Assembly: GCA_965140445.1 (NCBI GenBank)
Contig: OZ223236.1
Location: forward strand, 2,240,001-2,304,000
DNA: 64,000 nucleotides
From: Candidatus Ozemobacteraceae bacterium
GTDB lineage: Bacteria; Muiribacteriota; Ozemobacteria; Ozemobacterales; Ozemobacteraceae
Direction: 5' to 3'
This document shows positions 1 through 9,982 of this stretch, in pieces. A model generated the notes under the pieces. The model saw only the letters and a list, made by a program, of their open reading frames with translations, was not told the origin of the DNA and made no database searches. Made by a program: the position numbers and the translations under genes. Position 1 is the first letter of the stretch. Each line of letters begins with the position of its first letter.

Positions 1-2205
1 ATCTAGCTTTTCATCAAGCAACTTTGTGTGGTTGAACTTGAGCTTATTGTCTCCAATTGAAATTTCACGATTCTGTTGCATAAATTTTAGTAGTGCGCGA
101 CAGTATTCATCACTGATCATTGTATCTATTAAATGACCAACTTCATTTTGTTGTCTTGTTTTAGCAATAATCCAATCTGTTAAATTGCCTAATTCCTGTT
201 CCTTTTCCCAGACCATGTGGATTGGCATGAAATACTTCTGTTTTGTTCCGTCAGCATAATTCCAGGAGAATAGACCAATCAACCAATCATGACATTCAGG
301 TTGAGAAATGGGCAAAGAAACATCAGCTTTAAGCTGGGTAAGTTTTTTGTTTTTCCCTGCAAACCAGCGTTTTTTGCCTGCATAAAGCGTTAGGGCCTCA
401 TGTAACAGTTTTTCCCGCTTTCGATCAGTAAGTAGTTGTTGCAAGGCAGGGAGTTTATTATCGCCAGGGATTGCGCGAAATACCAGGACTGGTAGTTCTG
501 AATAACTGGTTAAATCATGTTTTTGCCATGATGGTCCGTCAATTTCTTTAGAAAGTTCAAACAGGTAAAAACCAAAGGCTGAAAGAGACAACTGATATGG
601 TTCATCGCCAATTGTTGGAAATGAGTGCCTGCCAAGCAACTCAACTGGTGTATAGCCTTTATATTTTTTGAGATCCATGTGGACTGGTTGAGCAGAACGT
701 GAAAGATTGGCCATGCAGAGAATAATTTTGTCTTCAAATGTTCTGGTATAAGCCAGAATTTTCCTGTTTGCTGGTTTAATAAACTCAAAGTTCCCTTGCC
801 CAAAAGCTTTGTAGTTTTTGCGCATTGCTATAATTTTTTTCATCCAGTTGAGAAGGGAAGATGGCGTTCTGCTTTGAGATTCAACGTTAATTGCCAGATA
901 GCCGGTGATATTGCTCATGACGGGGGGTAAGAATAATTTTTCCGGGTCAGCGTTTGAAAATCCGCCGTTTCTATCGGGTGTCCATTGCATCGGAGTTCTC
1001 ATTCCATTTCTATCGCCGAGAAACATGTTGTCGCCCATTCCAATTTCATCGCCATAGTAGATAACTGGCGAACCAGGCATAGTGAGGAGCAGAGCATTTA
1101 AAAGCTCTATTTTTGCTCGATTGTATTCCATTAAAGGGGCTAATCTTCGGCGAATACCAACATTTACCCTTGCTCTTGGCTCCTTGGCATATTGCTTGTA
1201 CATATAGTCTCGTTCTTTGCTGGTAACCATTTCCAGAGTAAGTTCATCGTGATTGCGCAGGAAAATGGCCCATTGACAATTTTCTGGTATTTCTGGGGTC
1301 TGCTGGAGAATCTCTACAATTGGATATCTATCTTCTAAAGCCAGCGACATATAGATTCTTGGCATGAGAGGGAAATGAAAACCCATATGACATTCATCAC
1401 CATCACCGAAGTATTCTGCCGCGTCCTCCGGCCACTGATTAGCCTCTGCAAGGAAAATTCTGTTTTTGTAACGCTTATCCATTTCATTTCTGAACTTTTT
1501 AATTATTGCATGGGTTTCAGGTAGATTTTCACAATTAGTGCCTTCTCGCTCACACAAATATGGAATAGCATCGAGCCGGAGTCCATCCACTCCCATGTCT
1601 AGCCAGAAACGCATAACTCCAATCAGCTTCTTTACCACTGTTGGATTGTTAAAGTTTAAGTCTGGTTGATGAGAGAAAAATCTATGCCAGTAATAAGATT
1701 TGGCAATTGGATCCCATGACCAGTTTGATGTTTCGGTATCGGTAAAAATGATTCGAGCCTGTTCGTATTTGCTATCGTTGTCGTTCCAGACGTAATGGTT
1801 GCGTTTGCTTGAATTTTTTGCAGCACGTCGCGCTTCCTGAAACCAGGGGTGGGCATCAGAAGTGTGATTGATAACCAGTTCTGTGATAACTCTAATATCT
1901 CGACTATGGGCTTCTCGCAAAAACTGGCGAAAGTCGGCAAGAGTTCCATAGTCGGGGTGGACGTTCAAATAATCAGAAATATCATAACCGTCATCACGAA
2001 AAGGTGACGGATAAAAAGGCAAAAGCCATATAGTATTAACACCAAGTTCCTGAATATAATCCAACTTAGAAGTTAGGCCGGGAAAATCTCCGATTCCATC
2101 GCCATTGCTGTCGCAAAAAGCTTTGACGTGAACCTCATAGATAATTGCATTTTTATACCAGCTTGGATCATCTCTAATTATGGATTTTTTTAGCTTTTTG
2201 TTCAT
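1..2205 (-). CDS. treS: Trehalose synthase (maltose alpha-D-glucosyltransferase) fused to a maltokinase/Pep2-like region; 3' end runs off the window
   Basis: Not in the ORF track because it is open at the edge. Manual translation from ATG at 2205 (GGAG RBS) gives MNKKLKKSIIRDDPSWYKNAIIYEVHVKAFCDSNGDGIGDFPGLTSKLDY...WLLPFYPSPFRDDGYDISDY. Later GH13 TreS motifs are present (FLRNHDELTLEMVT, GIRRRLAPL, YYGDEIGMGDN), as is RWFAGK near 370, typical of the maltokinase N-terminus. Confidence 0.92.
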   Translation of the reverse strand, partial: MNKKLKKSIIRDDPSWYKNAIIYEVHVKAFCDSNGDGIGDFPGLTSKLDYIQELGVNTIWLLPFYPSPFRDDGYDISDYLNVHPDYGTLADFRQFLREAHSRDIRVITELVINHTSDAHPWFQEARRAAKNSSKRNHYVWNDNDSKYEQARIIFTDTETSNWSWDPIAKSYYWHRFFSHQPDLNFNNPTVVKKLIGVMRFWLDMGVDGLRLDAIPYLCEREGTNCENLPETHAIIKKFRNEMDKRYKNRIFLAEANQWPEDAAEYFGDGDECHMGFHFPLMPRIYMSLALEDRYPIVEILQQTPEIPENCQWAIFLRNHDELTLEMVTSKERDYMYKQYAKEPRARVNVGIRRRLAPLMEYNRAKIELLNALLLTMPGSPVIYYGDEIGMGDNMFLGDRNGMRTPMQWTPDRNGGFSNADPEKLFLPPVMSNITGYLAINVESQSRTPSSLLNWMKKIIAMRKNYKAFGQGNFEFIKPANRKILAYTRTFEDKIILCMANLSRSAQPVHMDLKKYKGYTPVELLGRHSFPTIGDEPYQLSLSAFGFYLFELSKEIDGPSWQKHDLTSYSELPVLVFRAIPGDNKLPALQQLLTDRKREKLLHEALTLYAGKKRWFAGKNKKLTQLKADVSLPISQPECHDWLIGLFSWNYADGTKQKYFMPIHMVWEKEQELGNLTDWIIAKTRQQNEVGHLIDTMISDEYCRALLKFMQQNREISIGDNKLKFNHTKLLDEKLD

Positions 2206-2244
2206 GCTTGGCTCCTTCTGTAGGTAAGCAGATTGCAACCTGTT

Positions 2245-3963
2245 TTACTTTTTTAAGATAACGACCGAAGATGGAGACAAAACTAATTTTGCATCATTTT
2301 CTTCGCAGTTTTTATTTTGCAGAATGATTTGGTGATCTTTCAGCTTTTCATTCTCAACCCTGAAGTCATTATCTCCGCAGTTTGCTAAAATTAATAGATT
2401 TCCTGCCTCATATAAATAAATTCGTTGCTCGATGTTTAAGGTATAGAATTCAGGCTTTTGAGCCCTTATTTGTGACAGATTTTCTTTTCTTATCTGTATT
2501 AGTTTTTGATGCCAGAAAAGCATTTTATTGTGAGAATCTTTTTCTATTTCATTCCAGTTGAGCTTGCTTTTGATAAAAGTCTCTGGTGATTGCGGATCTG
2601 GTATTTCCTTATGTTTTCCTGGAAATTCCTTTTTCCTGCCTTCTCTTACCGCTTGAGCTAATTTTTTATCCACGTGATCGGTAAAATACAGAAACGGTGA
2701 AGTTGAAGCCCATTCTTCTCCCTGAAAAAGCATTGGCACAAATGGCGACAGTAGAAATAAAGCTGCAGCAATTTGACAATGTTCAAAGCTTATTAGATGG
2801 CACAATCTTTCTCCAAATGCTCTATTGCCTATTTGATCGTGATTCTGCAGCGAAACTACAAATCTTTCAGGAGCCAGGTCGGTAGCTTTTCGTCCATGTT
2901 TTCTTTTGCGATAAGCAGAATATATGCCGTCATAAACAAAGTTTTCATGCAGGCATTTGTTCAAGTCCGGGGCCCCTTTAAAACTTTTATAGTAACCAGA
3001 TTGCTCCTTGGTAAACATAACGTGCAGCGTGTGGTGAAAGTCGTCAAGCCATTGTGATGCCAGGCCATAGCCTCCAACTTCCCGTGGTCGAATGATTCGC
3101 GGATCATTTAAGCTGCTTTCAGCTACCAGAAACAGTTTTTTATCCAACTGTGCTGACAATTTCTCCACTCTTAGTTGAAGTTCCTCAAGAATGTGAGTCG
3201 CTGAAAAATCAAAAATCGCGTGAATAGCATCCAGACGTAGGCCGTCGAAATGAAATTCGCGAAGCCAGTAGGTGGCATTGTCTATTACAAATTCCCGAAC
3301 CTGATCGCTAAAAGGCCCATCAAAATTGACTGCTTCCCCCCATGGAGTATGATATCTATCAGAAAAGTAATGTCCGTAAAGGCCCAGGTAGTTCCCATCA
3401 GGCCCAAGATGGTTGTAGACAACATCCAGAATCACAGACAGGCCCTTCTGATGACAGGCATCTATCAATTTCTTCAATTCAGTAGGGGACCCATAGGCAT
3501 TGTGAGGCGCAAAAAGACTAACTCCGTCATATCCCCACCCATGTTTTCCGGGAAAGGTTGCTATCGGTAAAAGCTCAATGTGCGTGACCCCGAGTTTCAA
3601 AAGGTGATCTAGCTTATCAATGGCAGCTGAAAAGGTTCCCTTTGGAGTGAAAGTTCCAATGTGAAGTTCATAAATAACTGCCTCTGACAAATTGATAGGC
3701 TGGAACGAACTATCTTGCCATTCATACTCATCAAACCATTTCTGAGATAGGCCATGAACTCCGTCGGGCTGAAAAGTAGATCTTGGATCAGGAAACGGCC
3801 CCTCGCCATTAATTTTGTAGCCATAAATAATCTTTTTGGGTGAGTTTTCCAATTCTGTCATCCAAAATCCGTTGTTATTTTGCTGCATAGATAATTCTTC
3901 ATTTCCAATGCATAAACTTACACTATCTGCTTTTGGGGCCCATACTTGAAACTTTGATTTCAT
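2245..3963 (-). CDS. treZ: Malto-oligosyltrehalose trehalohydrolase (GH13)
   Basis: Motifs FQVWAP, PDPRS..QPDGVHG, IYELHIGTF, WGYDG, DVVYNHLGPDGNY, GLRLDAIH, QNHDQIGNR. Likely start is the second Met (3963), which avoids overlap with treY. Confidence 0.95.
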   Translation of the reverse strand: MKSKFQVWAPKADSVSLCIGNEELSMQQNNNGFWMTELENSPKKIIYGYKINGEGPFPDPRSTFQPDGVHGLSQKWFDEYEWQDSSFQPINLSEAVIYELHIGTFTPKGTFSAAIDKLDHLLKLGVTHIELLPIATFPGKHGWGYDGVSLFAPHNAYGSPTELKKLIDACHQKGLSVILDVVYNHLGPDGNYLGLYGHYFSDRYHTPWGEAVNFDGPFSDQVREFVIDNATYWLREFHFDGLRLDAIHAIFDFSATHILEELQLRVEKLSAQLDKKLFLVAESSLNDPRIIRPREVGGYGLASQWLDDFHHTLHVMFTKEQSGYYKSFKGAPDLNKCLHENFVYDGIYSAYRKRKHGRKATDLAPERFVVSLQNHDQIGNRAFGERLCHLISFEHCQIAAALFLLSPFVPMLFQGEEWASTSPFLYFTDHVDKKLAQAVREGRKKEFPGKHKEIPDPQSPETFIKSKLNWNEIEKDSHNKMLFWHQKLIQIRKENLSQIRAQKPEFYTLNIEQRIYLYEAGNLLILANCGDNDFRVENEKLKDHQIILQNKNCEENDAKLVLSPSSVVILKK

Positions 3964-3967
3964 TGTT

Positions 3968-6628
3968 TCAGTCCTTTTCACTGTTTCTTATAAGTATGCT
4001 TACTGGAAAATTCTTTACCAGCTCTTTGAGCTTATTTGGTCCAGTCTTAAAAAAGGCCCCTGTAAAAATATCCTGCCAATGGCCTTTGGGTAAACTCAAT
4101 CTGGTTGAACCCCATTTTTTATTCAATTTTAGAGTTAACCTTGTAACTATAACCATAACGTTTGGACCACGCATGAAGGCAATGACGTTATCAGCAGCTG
4201 GACCTATTATTTCTGCAGGTTTGAAGCTGTCTGGTTGATTGAATTCGCTATGGTTTTTGCGGACATTGAGAATTGTTTTAATTAAGTATTGCTTGGTTAG
4301 TCCTTCGTGACTTCTATGGAGAGCTTGTTCTGAGGTAATGTCTTTAAGTTCAGAGAACAAATTCATTACTTTTTTAAAGTCAATTGGTCTGCGATTATCC
4401 GGGTCGGTTAAGCTGTTATCCCAGATTTCATTGCCCTGGTAAATATCAGGAATTCCTGGTGACGTAAGTTTTAAAGTTAACTGGGCGAGAGAGTTTATTT
4501 CACCCGGCCCTGAAATCAATTTCAAAAATCTAGATAACGACTTCATAAAATCACTATCAGTCATTACTTCACTGATAAACTTCTTTAATGCGCTTTCAAA
4601 TTCAACGTTAGGTAAGAACCAGTTTGTATGTGTTTTGGCTTCTCTCACTGCTTTTTCCATGTATTTAGAAATTCTTTCTTCCGAAATCGGCCAGCAGCCA
4701 ACAAGCGTCTGGTAGAAAAGATACTCTGTATTCAGATCTGGGAATCCTGAAGTCTTGTATTTTGCGTTTCTTAATTTCCAGTCTGTGGTTAATTTTTCCC
4801 AGTCATCTGGAATTTCGCTCAAAATATTTAGCCGCGCTCTTACATCCTCACTACGTTTAGAGTCATGTGTAGAGCTGGAAAGCATTGTAAGCGGCCAATT
4901 TGCCGATACTCTTTCACACCAGTCATAAAATTGTCTAGTTGAAACGATCGGATCATTAGGATCTCCACCCACTTCGTTTGCTGACGACAAAGGATTGTAA
5001 ATATAAAAAACAGTATCTTCCAGACTCTTAGCCATTACTGGACTGGTAAATTGTTGAAAGCGTCTGACAAACTCGCTTTCAAGATCACCCTTCAGTTTAA
5101 GAGTTAAGATATCGGATATGAATTCGAAAATATAAGAATCCAGCTCTGGATTCTGATTTTTGGCAAAATTTATCGCATCGATTACAATAGTTTTAGCTTC
5201 ATCGGAGATTTGGCCTGTTTCAGGCTGGATGTAGGTCCGATAGATTTTCATTCCGGCTGCAACTTCTTTAAGTGCCAACGACAACTGCATATTTGCAAAA
5301 TCTCTATAGTGTCTGTGGTTTTCGCAGATTAACGCAAGATCAGAAGTCAGTCGGTTCAACTCGCTGCCTAAAATATCCTTTAAAACCTTTTTTTTCATTT
5401 GATAAACCAAGGTTTCATAATCTCTTTTTTCACCCGTAAAATCCCGCCAGATTCTTATGAGCTTTTCATGTCCTTCACCGTCGATAAAGAGACCATTTAC
5501 CAGGTTTAGAAAGTCATAGCCAGTGGTTCCAGAAATGGGCCATTCGGAAGGCAATTTTTCGTTTTTTTCAAGGATTTTTTCTGCAAGAATTATTGCTTCT
5601 GGGCAAGCTCTACGTAAGCGAATAAAATATTCTGTTGGATCATAAAGACCATCTGGATGATCGATTCGAAAACCATCTATTTTTCTATCTTTGAACAGAT
5701 TTATAACCAAATTATGAGAATCGGCAAAAACCTGTGGATCTTCCATTCTAAGACCAACCAGAGAGTTAATATTAAAAAATCTACGGTATCCAACCTGATA
5801 TTTTGATAATTTCCAGAAAGCCAGTTTGTAGCTTTGTCGGCCAATGAGTTTGTCGAGAAGCTCAATGTCATTGTTTATATCTTCTACTGCACTATCAATT
5901 AACTCTACCACTTCTGGATTTCTGCAGAGGTCACACAGGAGATTTTCCAAAACCGCTTTATCTCTTTGCCTCTGTAGAATTCTTTGTAAATCACGGGAAG
6001 AGGCATGGGGAAGGTTTTTAAACGCACTGGCTAGAAAGCCTAGTTCTTTTAAATTACTTTTCTGATAGGCAATTTCAAGGATATTCGGTAATGAACGAGG
6101 GGCTACTGGAAAAATTTTTTCAAAGTAGTTTAAAGTAAACTTACCTTGATTATGTTTAAGTACAAGCTCTGAGTTCTCAAGCACAAGGCCATAATGATTT
6201 CCCAGAATTGGCAAAAGAATTATATTTGATCTATCATCCGAATCATTGTTCCAATCAACATCAAAGTGTCTTGAATACAAACTCGTGGCACCGTTTTCCA
6301 GGACGTCCCACCACCAGGGATTCTCGGGGCCACTAATAGCCATATGGTTGGGAACAATATCCAGGATAATTCCCATGTTTGCTTTTTCCAGGCGGTTACA
6401 TAGAAGTTCAAAATCTGCTTTTTGGCCTAATTCCGAATTTAAGCGGCTGTGATTTACAACATCATAACCGTGCGAACTTCCTTTTGATGCTTGGAGACTT
6501 GGGGACAAATAAAGGTGACTTATACCCAATGCATGAAGATAGTCAATTATCTCCAACACATGGCTAAAGTTAAAGTCTGCATTTAATTGCAGTCGGTAAG
6601 TTGCTCTCGGTTGATTTTTTGTATTCAT
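3968..6628 (-). CDS. treY: Malto-oligosyltrehalose synthase
   Basis: Motifs PRATYRLQL, GSSHGYDVV, DIVPNHM, YRRFFNI, RIDHPDGL, STHDSKRSEDVRAR, SLTDPDNRRP; lies directly upstream of treZ. Confidence 0.96.
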   Translation of the reverse strand: MNTKNQPRATYRLQLNADFNFSHVLEIIDYLHALGISHLYLSPSLQASKGSSHGYDVVNHSRLNSELGQKADFELLCNRLEKANMGIILDIVPNHMAISGPENPWWWDVLENGATSLYSRHFDVDWNNDSDDRSNIILLPILGNHYGLVLENSELVLKHNQGKFTLNYFEKIFPVAPRSLPNILEIAYQKSNLKELGFLASAFKNLPHASSRDLQRILQRQRDKAVLENLLCDLCRNPEVVELIDSAVEDINNDIELLDKLIGRQSYKLAFWKLSKYQVGYRRFFNINSLVGLRMEDPQVFADSHNLVINLFKDRKIDGFRIDHPDGLYDPTEYFIRLRRACPEAIILAEKILEKNEKLPSEWPISGTTGYDFLNLVNGLFIDGEGHEKLIRIWRDFTGEKRDYETLVYQMKKKVLKDILGSELNRLTSDLALICENHRHYRDFANMQLSLALKEVAAGMKIYRTYIQPETGQISDEAKTIVIDAINFAKNQNPELDSYIFEFISDILTLKLKGDLESEFVRRFQQFTSPVMAKSLEDTVFYIYNPLSSANEVGGDPNDPIVSTRQFYDWCERVSANWPLTMLSSSTHDSKRSEDVRARLNILSEIPDDWEKLTTDWKLRNAKYKTSGFPDLNTEYLFYQTLVGCWPISEERISKYMEKAVREAKTHTNWFLPNVEFESALKKFISEVMTDSDFMKSLSRFLKLISGPGEINSLAQLTLKLTSPGIPDIYQGNEIWDNSLTDPDNRRPIDFKKVMNLFSELKDITSEQALHRSHEGLTKQYLIKTILNVRKNHSEFNQPDSFKPAEIIGPAADNVIAFMRGPNVMVIVTRLTLKLNKKWGSTRLSLPKGHWQDIFTGAFFKTGPNKLKELVKNFPVSILIRNSEKD

Positions 6629-7056
6629 TATGATCTCTCAATTTTCTGTCTGTAGGGGCTATCTTTGGAGTGATAGCAGACCATTTCATCAGATTATTTA
6701 GTTAGCGCCATATTCTTCATGTTCTGGGAGCATGAAGTTTCCTTTTCAGGCCGTATTTATGAGGGGACAGAACCACAAATCAAGTTTTGTATGTTTGTAT
6801 CTGCTATTAATTTGCGATTAATATGTTCCGAGTTGAAAATATCTATTTTTTCAACCCGGGAAGCCTCCCCAGGGCAAATCTAAACAATCCTCATTTTTTT
6901 ATAAACCTATCTCTATAAATAGTTTGCCCCCATTTTTTCCTAAAGTCAATCCAGTGCAAAACCAGATTTTGCCTAATATTTAGCTAAAGAAATATTTTAG
7001 ATAAAACCTCAAACAGCTCAGGCAATTTACTTTTTTTTACGTAAATTAGTGGGACA

Positions 7057-7112
7057 TAATTAGGGGGACACCATACTTAATTCCAGAATTAAGTATGGTG
7101 TCCCCCTAATTA
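7057..7112. repeat. Perfect 27-bp inverted repeat with 2-nt spacer (REP-like palindrome)
   Basis: TAATTAGGGGGACACCATACTTAATTC-CA-GAATTAAGTATGGTGTCCCCCTAATTA read directly from the sequence. Confidence 0.95.
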
Positions 7113-7200
7113 AATTTGTAAAAGGAAAACAGTCTTTTCTGGAGCGCGGCAATTTATTATTACCAATAGAAATCTCTTAATGAAATTTGGGAACTGATGA

Positions 7201-7209
7201 TGTTATAAT
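7201..7209 (+). promoter_or_regulatory. Extended -10 promoter element (TGnTATAAT)
   Basis: TGTTATAAT about 65 nt upstream of the ORF at 7275, which has an AGGAGG RBS. Confidence 0.5.
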
Positions 7210-7274
7210 AAGACAGCACCGATTTGAATCCAGATTGCGGGTGCTTTATAAATTCAGCTAAATAGGAGGCTTTT

Positions 7275-7796
7275 ATGCTTAAACCACAGGAACTCGTTTT
7301 CGGAAGTTTTCTGGAACAAAGAAGAATAAAACTGCAGATAACCCAGGCAAAATTGGCTCAAATTTTGGGCTACAGCAATGTTAATAAAGGGATTCGTCGA
7401 ATTAAAGAAATTGAATCCGGAACAATTGAAGAATCATTGGTGCTCAAAATAATGGGATCGTTAAATGTCTCAGAACACGACCGACAAAAATGCGCTTTGG
7501 CAGAAGAGCTGAGTAAAAAGAGATTGGTGAAAGAGTTGGCTCCATTTAAACCTAAACTGGTGTGGCGAGCGGTTGGCTGTATTCATTTTTCTGATCCAAT
7601 TCCAAATTCTTTGAAACAAAGATCGTCAATAATTGCTTATGCAAAAAAAATAGCGATAGAGAGGCATAGGCACTGCAGGCTAGAGTTGGATTACGACCTT
7701 AGATACTATATTTCACCAGACGGGGAGATTTCCAGAGCAGATAAAAGGCTGTTCAATAACAAATCAGCAAAACCTGGTTTGGGCGATTTAATTTAA
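7275..7796 (+). CDS. Protein with N-terminal XRE/Cro-like helix-turn-helix
   Basis: FGSFLEQRRIKLQITQAKLAQILGY...IKEIESG pattern; strong RBS; C-terminal part unrecognised. Confidence 0.65.
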   Translation: MLKPQELVFGSFLEQRRIKLQITQAKLAQILGYSNVNKGIRRIKEIESGTIEESLVLKIMGSLNVSEHDRQKCALAEELSKKRLVKELAPFKPKLVWRAVGCIHFSDPIPNSLKQRSSIIAYAKKIAIERHRHCRLELDYDLRYYISPDGEISRADKRLFNNKSAKPGLGDLI

Positions 7797-7806
7797 GGAT
7801 AGTGAG

Positions 7807-8088
7807 ATGAAAGAAAAGTTTAAAACTGTGCCATTAGATCCGGATACTTTTATTCTTGAGCAAAAAGAGATTAAAATCGGCAAACTTGATGCGTTACATC
7901 AAAAATGGCGGTGGAGCGGAATTAAAGGAGAAAGTCTGATTTTTATCTGCGAGGAAGTTGCAGAATTGAAAGAAGAACATCTTGTTGAGGAGTGCAGAAA
8001 ATCAGGATTAATCAGACTTGATTCAAGCACCACCTTTAAGCGTGCTGCAAGTGGATTCACATTTGTTAATTTCAATTTTGACAGCTGA
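7807..8088 (+). CDS. Hypothetical protein (93 aa)
   Basis: ORF with AAGGA RBS, 10 nt after the preceding gene. Confidence 0.65.
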   Translation: MKEKFKTVPLDPDTFILEQKEIKIGKLDALHQKWRWSGIKGESLIFICEEVAELKEEHLVEECRKSGLIRLDSSTTFKRAASGFTFVNFNFDS

Positions 8089-8214
8089 TGAAAATCGAAT
8101 TTCCTTTTTCCATTCCAGAACAATTCCTCTTGAGACCCGTTTAAAAGCTTTTGCGATTGTGTAAGTTCAATGTCTGGCTGATTTATGGTGAAAATTAGAC
8201 TATCACCAAAAAAG

Positions 8215-8991
8215 CTAAATCGATGGATAGAAAAATTTAAAAACTACATCGGTAAAATGAGCTTCAATAACAGCAGCCGTTAAAGTTAGTAAAAAAATAG
8301 CTGCTATGATAATGCCAGTGTTTTTTGAAAAGACAATTTCTCTTGATAGGGGCCAGGTGTCAACGGTTTCGTTTTCACGTTTTTGTCTTACGATCTCTAT
8401 TAATAGTGCCAGGGGCAGGGAACTTGATGCTATTGCTGCAGGAATTTCAAATATTCCGTGGGGAATTATGGCAGCAAAATAAAAGCCAAGACAGGTCATT
8501 TTTATTGCAGAGACGGTGAAAAGACCAAAACTAAAAGCAAGAAAACCAAATCCGACAAAGTTTGGAAAAGATAGCATTGCGGCAAGATTTAAAAAAGTCG
8601 GGGAGGAGTTTAGATCTAGCTTGAAAATTTTGAGATAGAAGCTCGTGAATTGATACAATTTTTGTGAAATAAAGCCTGGTTTTACGTCAACTTTATGAAA
8701 GCTTTTAAAGGTTGCTACCATAAAAATCAACGAGAAAAACAAGGTATTTGTAAATCCATTTCCAAAGAGAAAATACACCCATGAAGTTGAGTTTTTTCCC
8801 GTAAGAGTCTTTTCTACATTCGTTTTCAATGGTTCAGATAGTTCTTGAGTCCTGGTTGCCAATTGATTTATTTCTTTTGGGTCTCCCCCAAATCTCATTG
8901 CTAACATTCCAAGTAATGCCCCGACTACAAAGAAGAAAACAACGATACGCATCTGTAGCCTGAAACCTTTTAAAAAAATGTTAAAGGTCAC
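8215..8991 (-). CDS. SpoIIM-family (stage II sporulation protein M-like) membrane protein
   Basis: Multiple TM segments; IIPHGIFEIPA and AAVIEA motifs. Confidence 0.8.
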   Translation of the reverse strand: MTFNIFLKGFRLQMRIVVFFFVVGALLGMLAMRFGGDPKEINQLATRTQELSEPLKTNVEKTLTGKNSTSWVYFLFGNGFTNTLFFSLIFMVATFKSFHKVDVKPGFISQKLYQFTSFYLKIFKLDLNSSPTFLNLAAMLSFPNFVGFGFLAFSFGLFTVSAIKMTCLGFYFAAIIPHGIFEIPAAIASSSLPLALLIEIVRQKRENETVDTWPLSREIVFSKNTGIIIAAIFLLTLTAAVIEAHFTDVVFKFFYPSI

Positions 8992-9121
8992 TAGTTTATC
9001 TCCTGATTATGTTTTTTTTATTCTCTGGATTTAGCAACTTTCTTCTGGATATGGCTGTGGAATACTAAAGTCTTTTAAAACCTGAAAACAAAATTTTTAA
9101 AATCACGCAGATTATTCACCT

Positions 9122-9772
9122 TTAAACTTTTCCATCCCATTCCAGGTAGAACTGCTCAAGGTATTGCTCCATAAACTCATGGCGCTTTTGTGCCAGATCC
9201 CGGCCAGTTTTTGTGTTCATTAAGTCTTTCAAAAGCAAAAGTTTCTCATAAAAATGGTTGATTGAAGGGGCGGTGCTGTTTTTGTATTGCTCCTTTGTCA
9301 TGTTTAAATCAGGTTTGATCTCTGGATTATAGATTTCACGATTTTTATAGCCGCCATAATTAAAGGTTCTGGCTATTCCTATGGCTCCTAGTGCATCCAA
9401 GCGATCTGCATCCTGTATTACATCAAGCTCTGGTGACTTAAACAGTTGTTTTTCTTTTCCACCTTTGAAAGAGATATTGGCAATGATGTTCTCGATATGT
9501 TTTGTAATAGATTCATCTACGGCCAGGCTCTGTAGAAAGCTTCCTGCTTTTTGTTTACCAATGTTTTCATCTCCACCATGAAACTTTGAATCAGCAATGT
9601 CGTGGAGTAATGCTCCCAGCTCAACGACAAATAAGTCCACTTTTTCCGTTTGTGCTATCTTTCTGGAAAGCTTCCAGACCCGATATATGTGCCACCAATC
9701 GTGCCCGCCTTCCGCATCTTTTAATGATTTTTTTACAAAATCAATGGTTTGATTAATTATTTTATTTTTCAT
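9122..9772 (-). CDS. HD-domain phosphohydrolase (YpgQ/YedJ-like)
   Basis: GHDWWHIYRV, LLHDIAD, QDADRLDALGAIGIARTF, NHFYEKLL. Confidence 0.9.
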   Translation of the reverse strand: MKNKIINQTIDFVKKSLKDAEGGHDWWHIYRVWKLSRKIAQTEKVDLFVVELGALLHDIADSKFHGGDENIGKQKAGSFLQSLAVDESITKHIENIIANISFKGGKEKQLFKSPELDVIQDADRLDALGAIGIARTFNYGGYKNREIYNPEIKPDLNMTKEQYKNSTAPSINHFYEKLLLLKDLMNTKTGRDLAQKRHEFMEQYLEQFYLEWDGKV

Positions 9773-9982
9773 GTATGAATAGTAACTGTTTTGTTTAAAA
9801 TTTCCACTTGAAGAATATAAGTTTGTTCAGAATTACGAAGTCACTATTATTTGAAGAAATATTCTTTTTTTTATTTGCTGTCCATCATGATTTATCAAAG
9901 TACAAATTTGCCTTGCTTTTGCGATATAAAAGAATTTAAACTAGTGTTCAAATAAAAAATCCCTAACATATAGGAGGAAAGG

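Noticed and set aside
1..2205. treS absent from the ORF track, suggesting a pseudogene
   Set aside because: The start and the window-edge segment are in the same frame and the motifs look intact; the ORF simply has no stop inside the window.
7044..7112. CRISPR repeat or integron attC site
   Set aside because: No spaced repeat array, no cas or integrase genes, and no RYYYAAC/GTTRRRY ends.
8215..8991. Sporulation capability from the SpoIIM-like gene
   Set aside because: This membrane family is widespread in non-sporulating bacteria, and no other spo genes are present.
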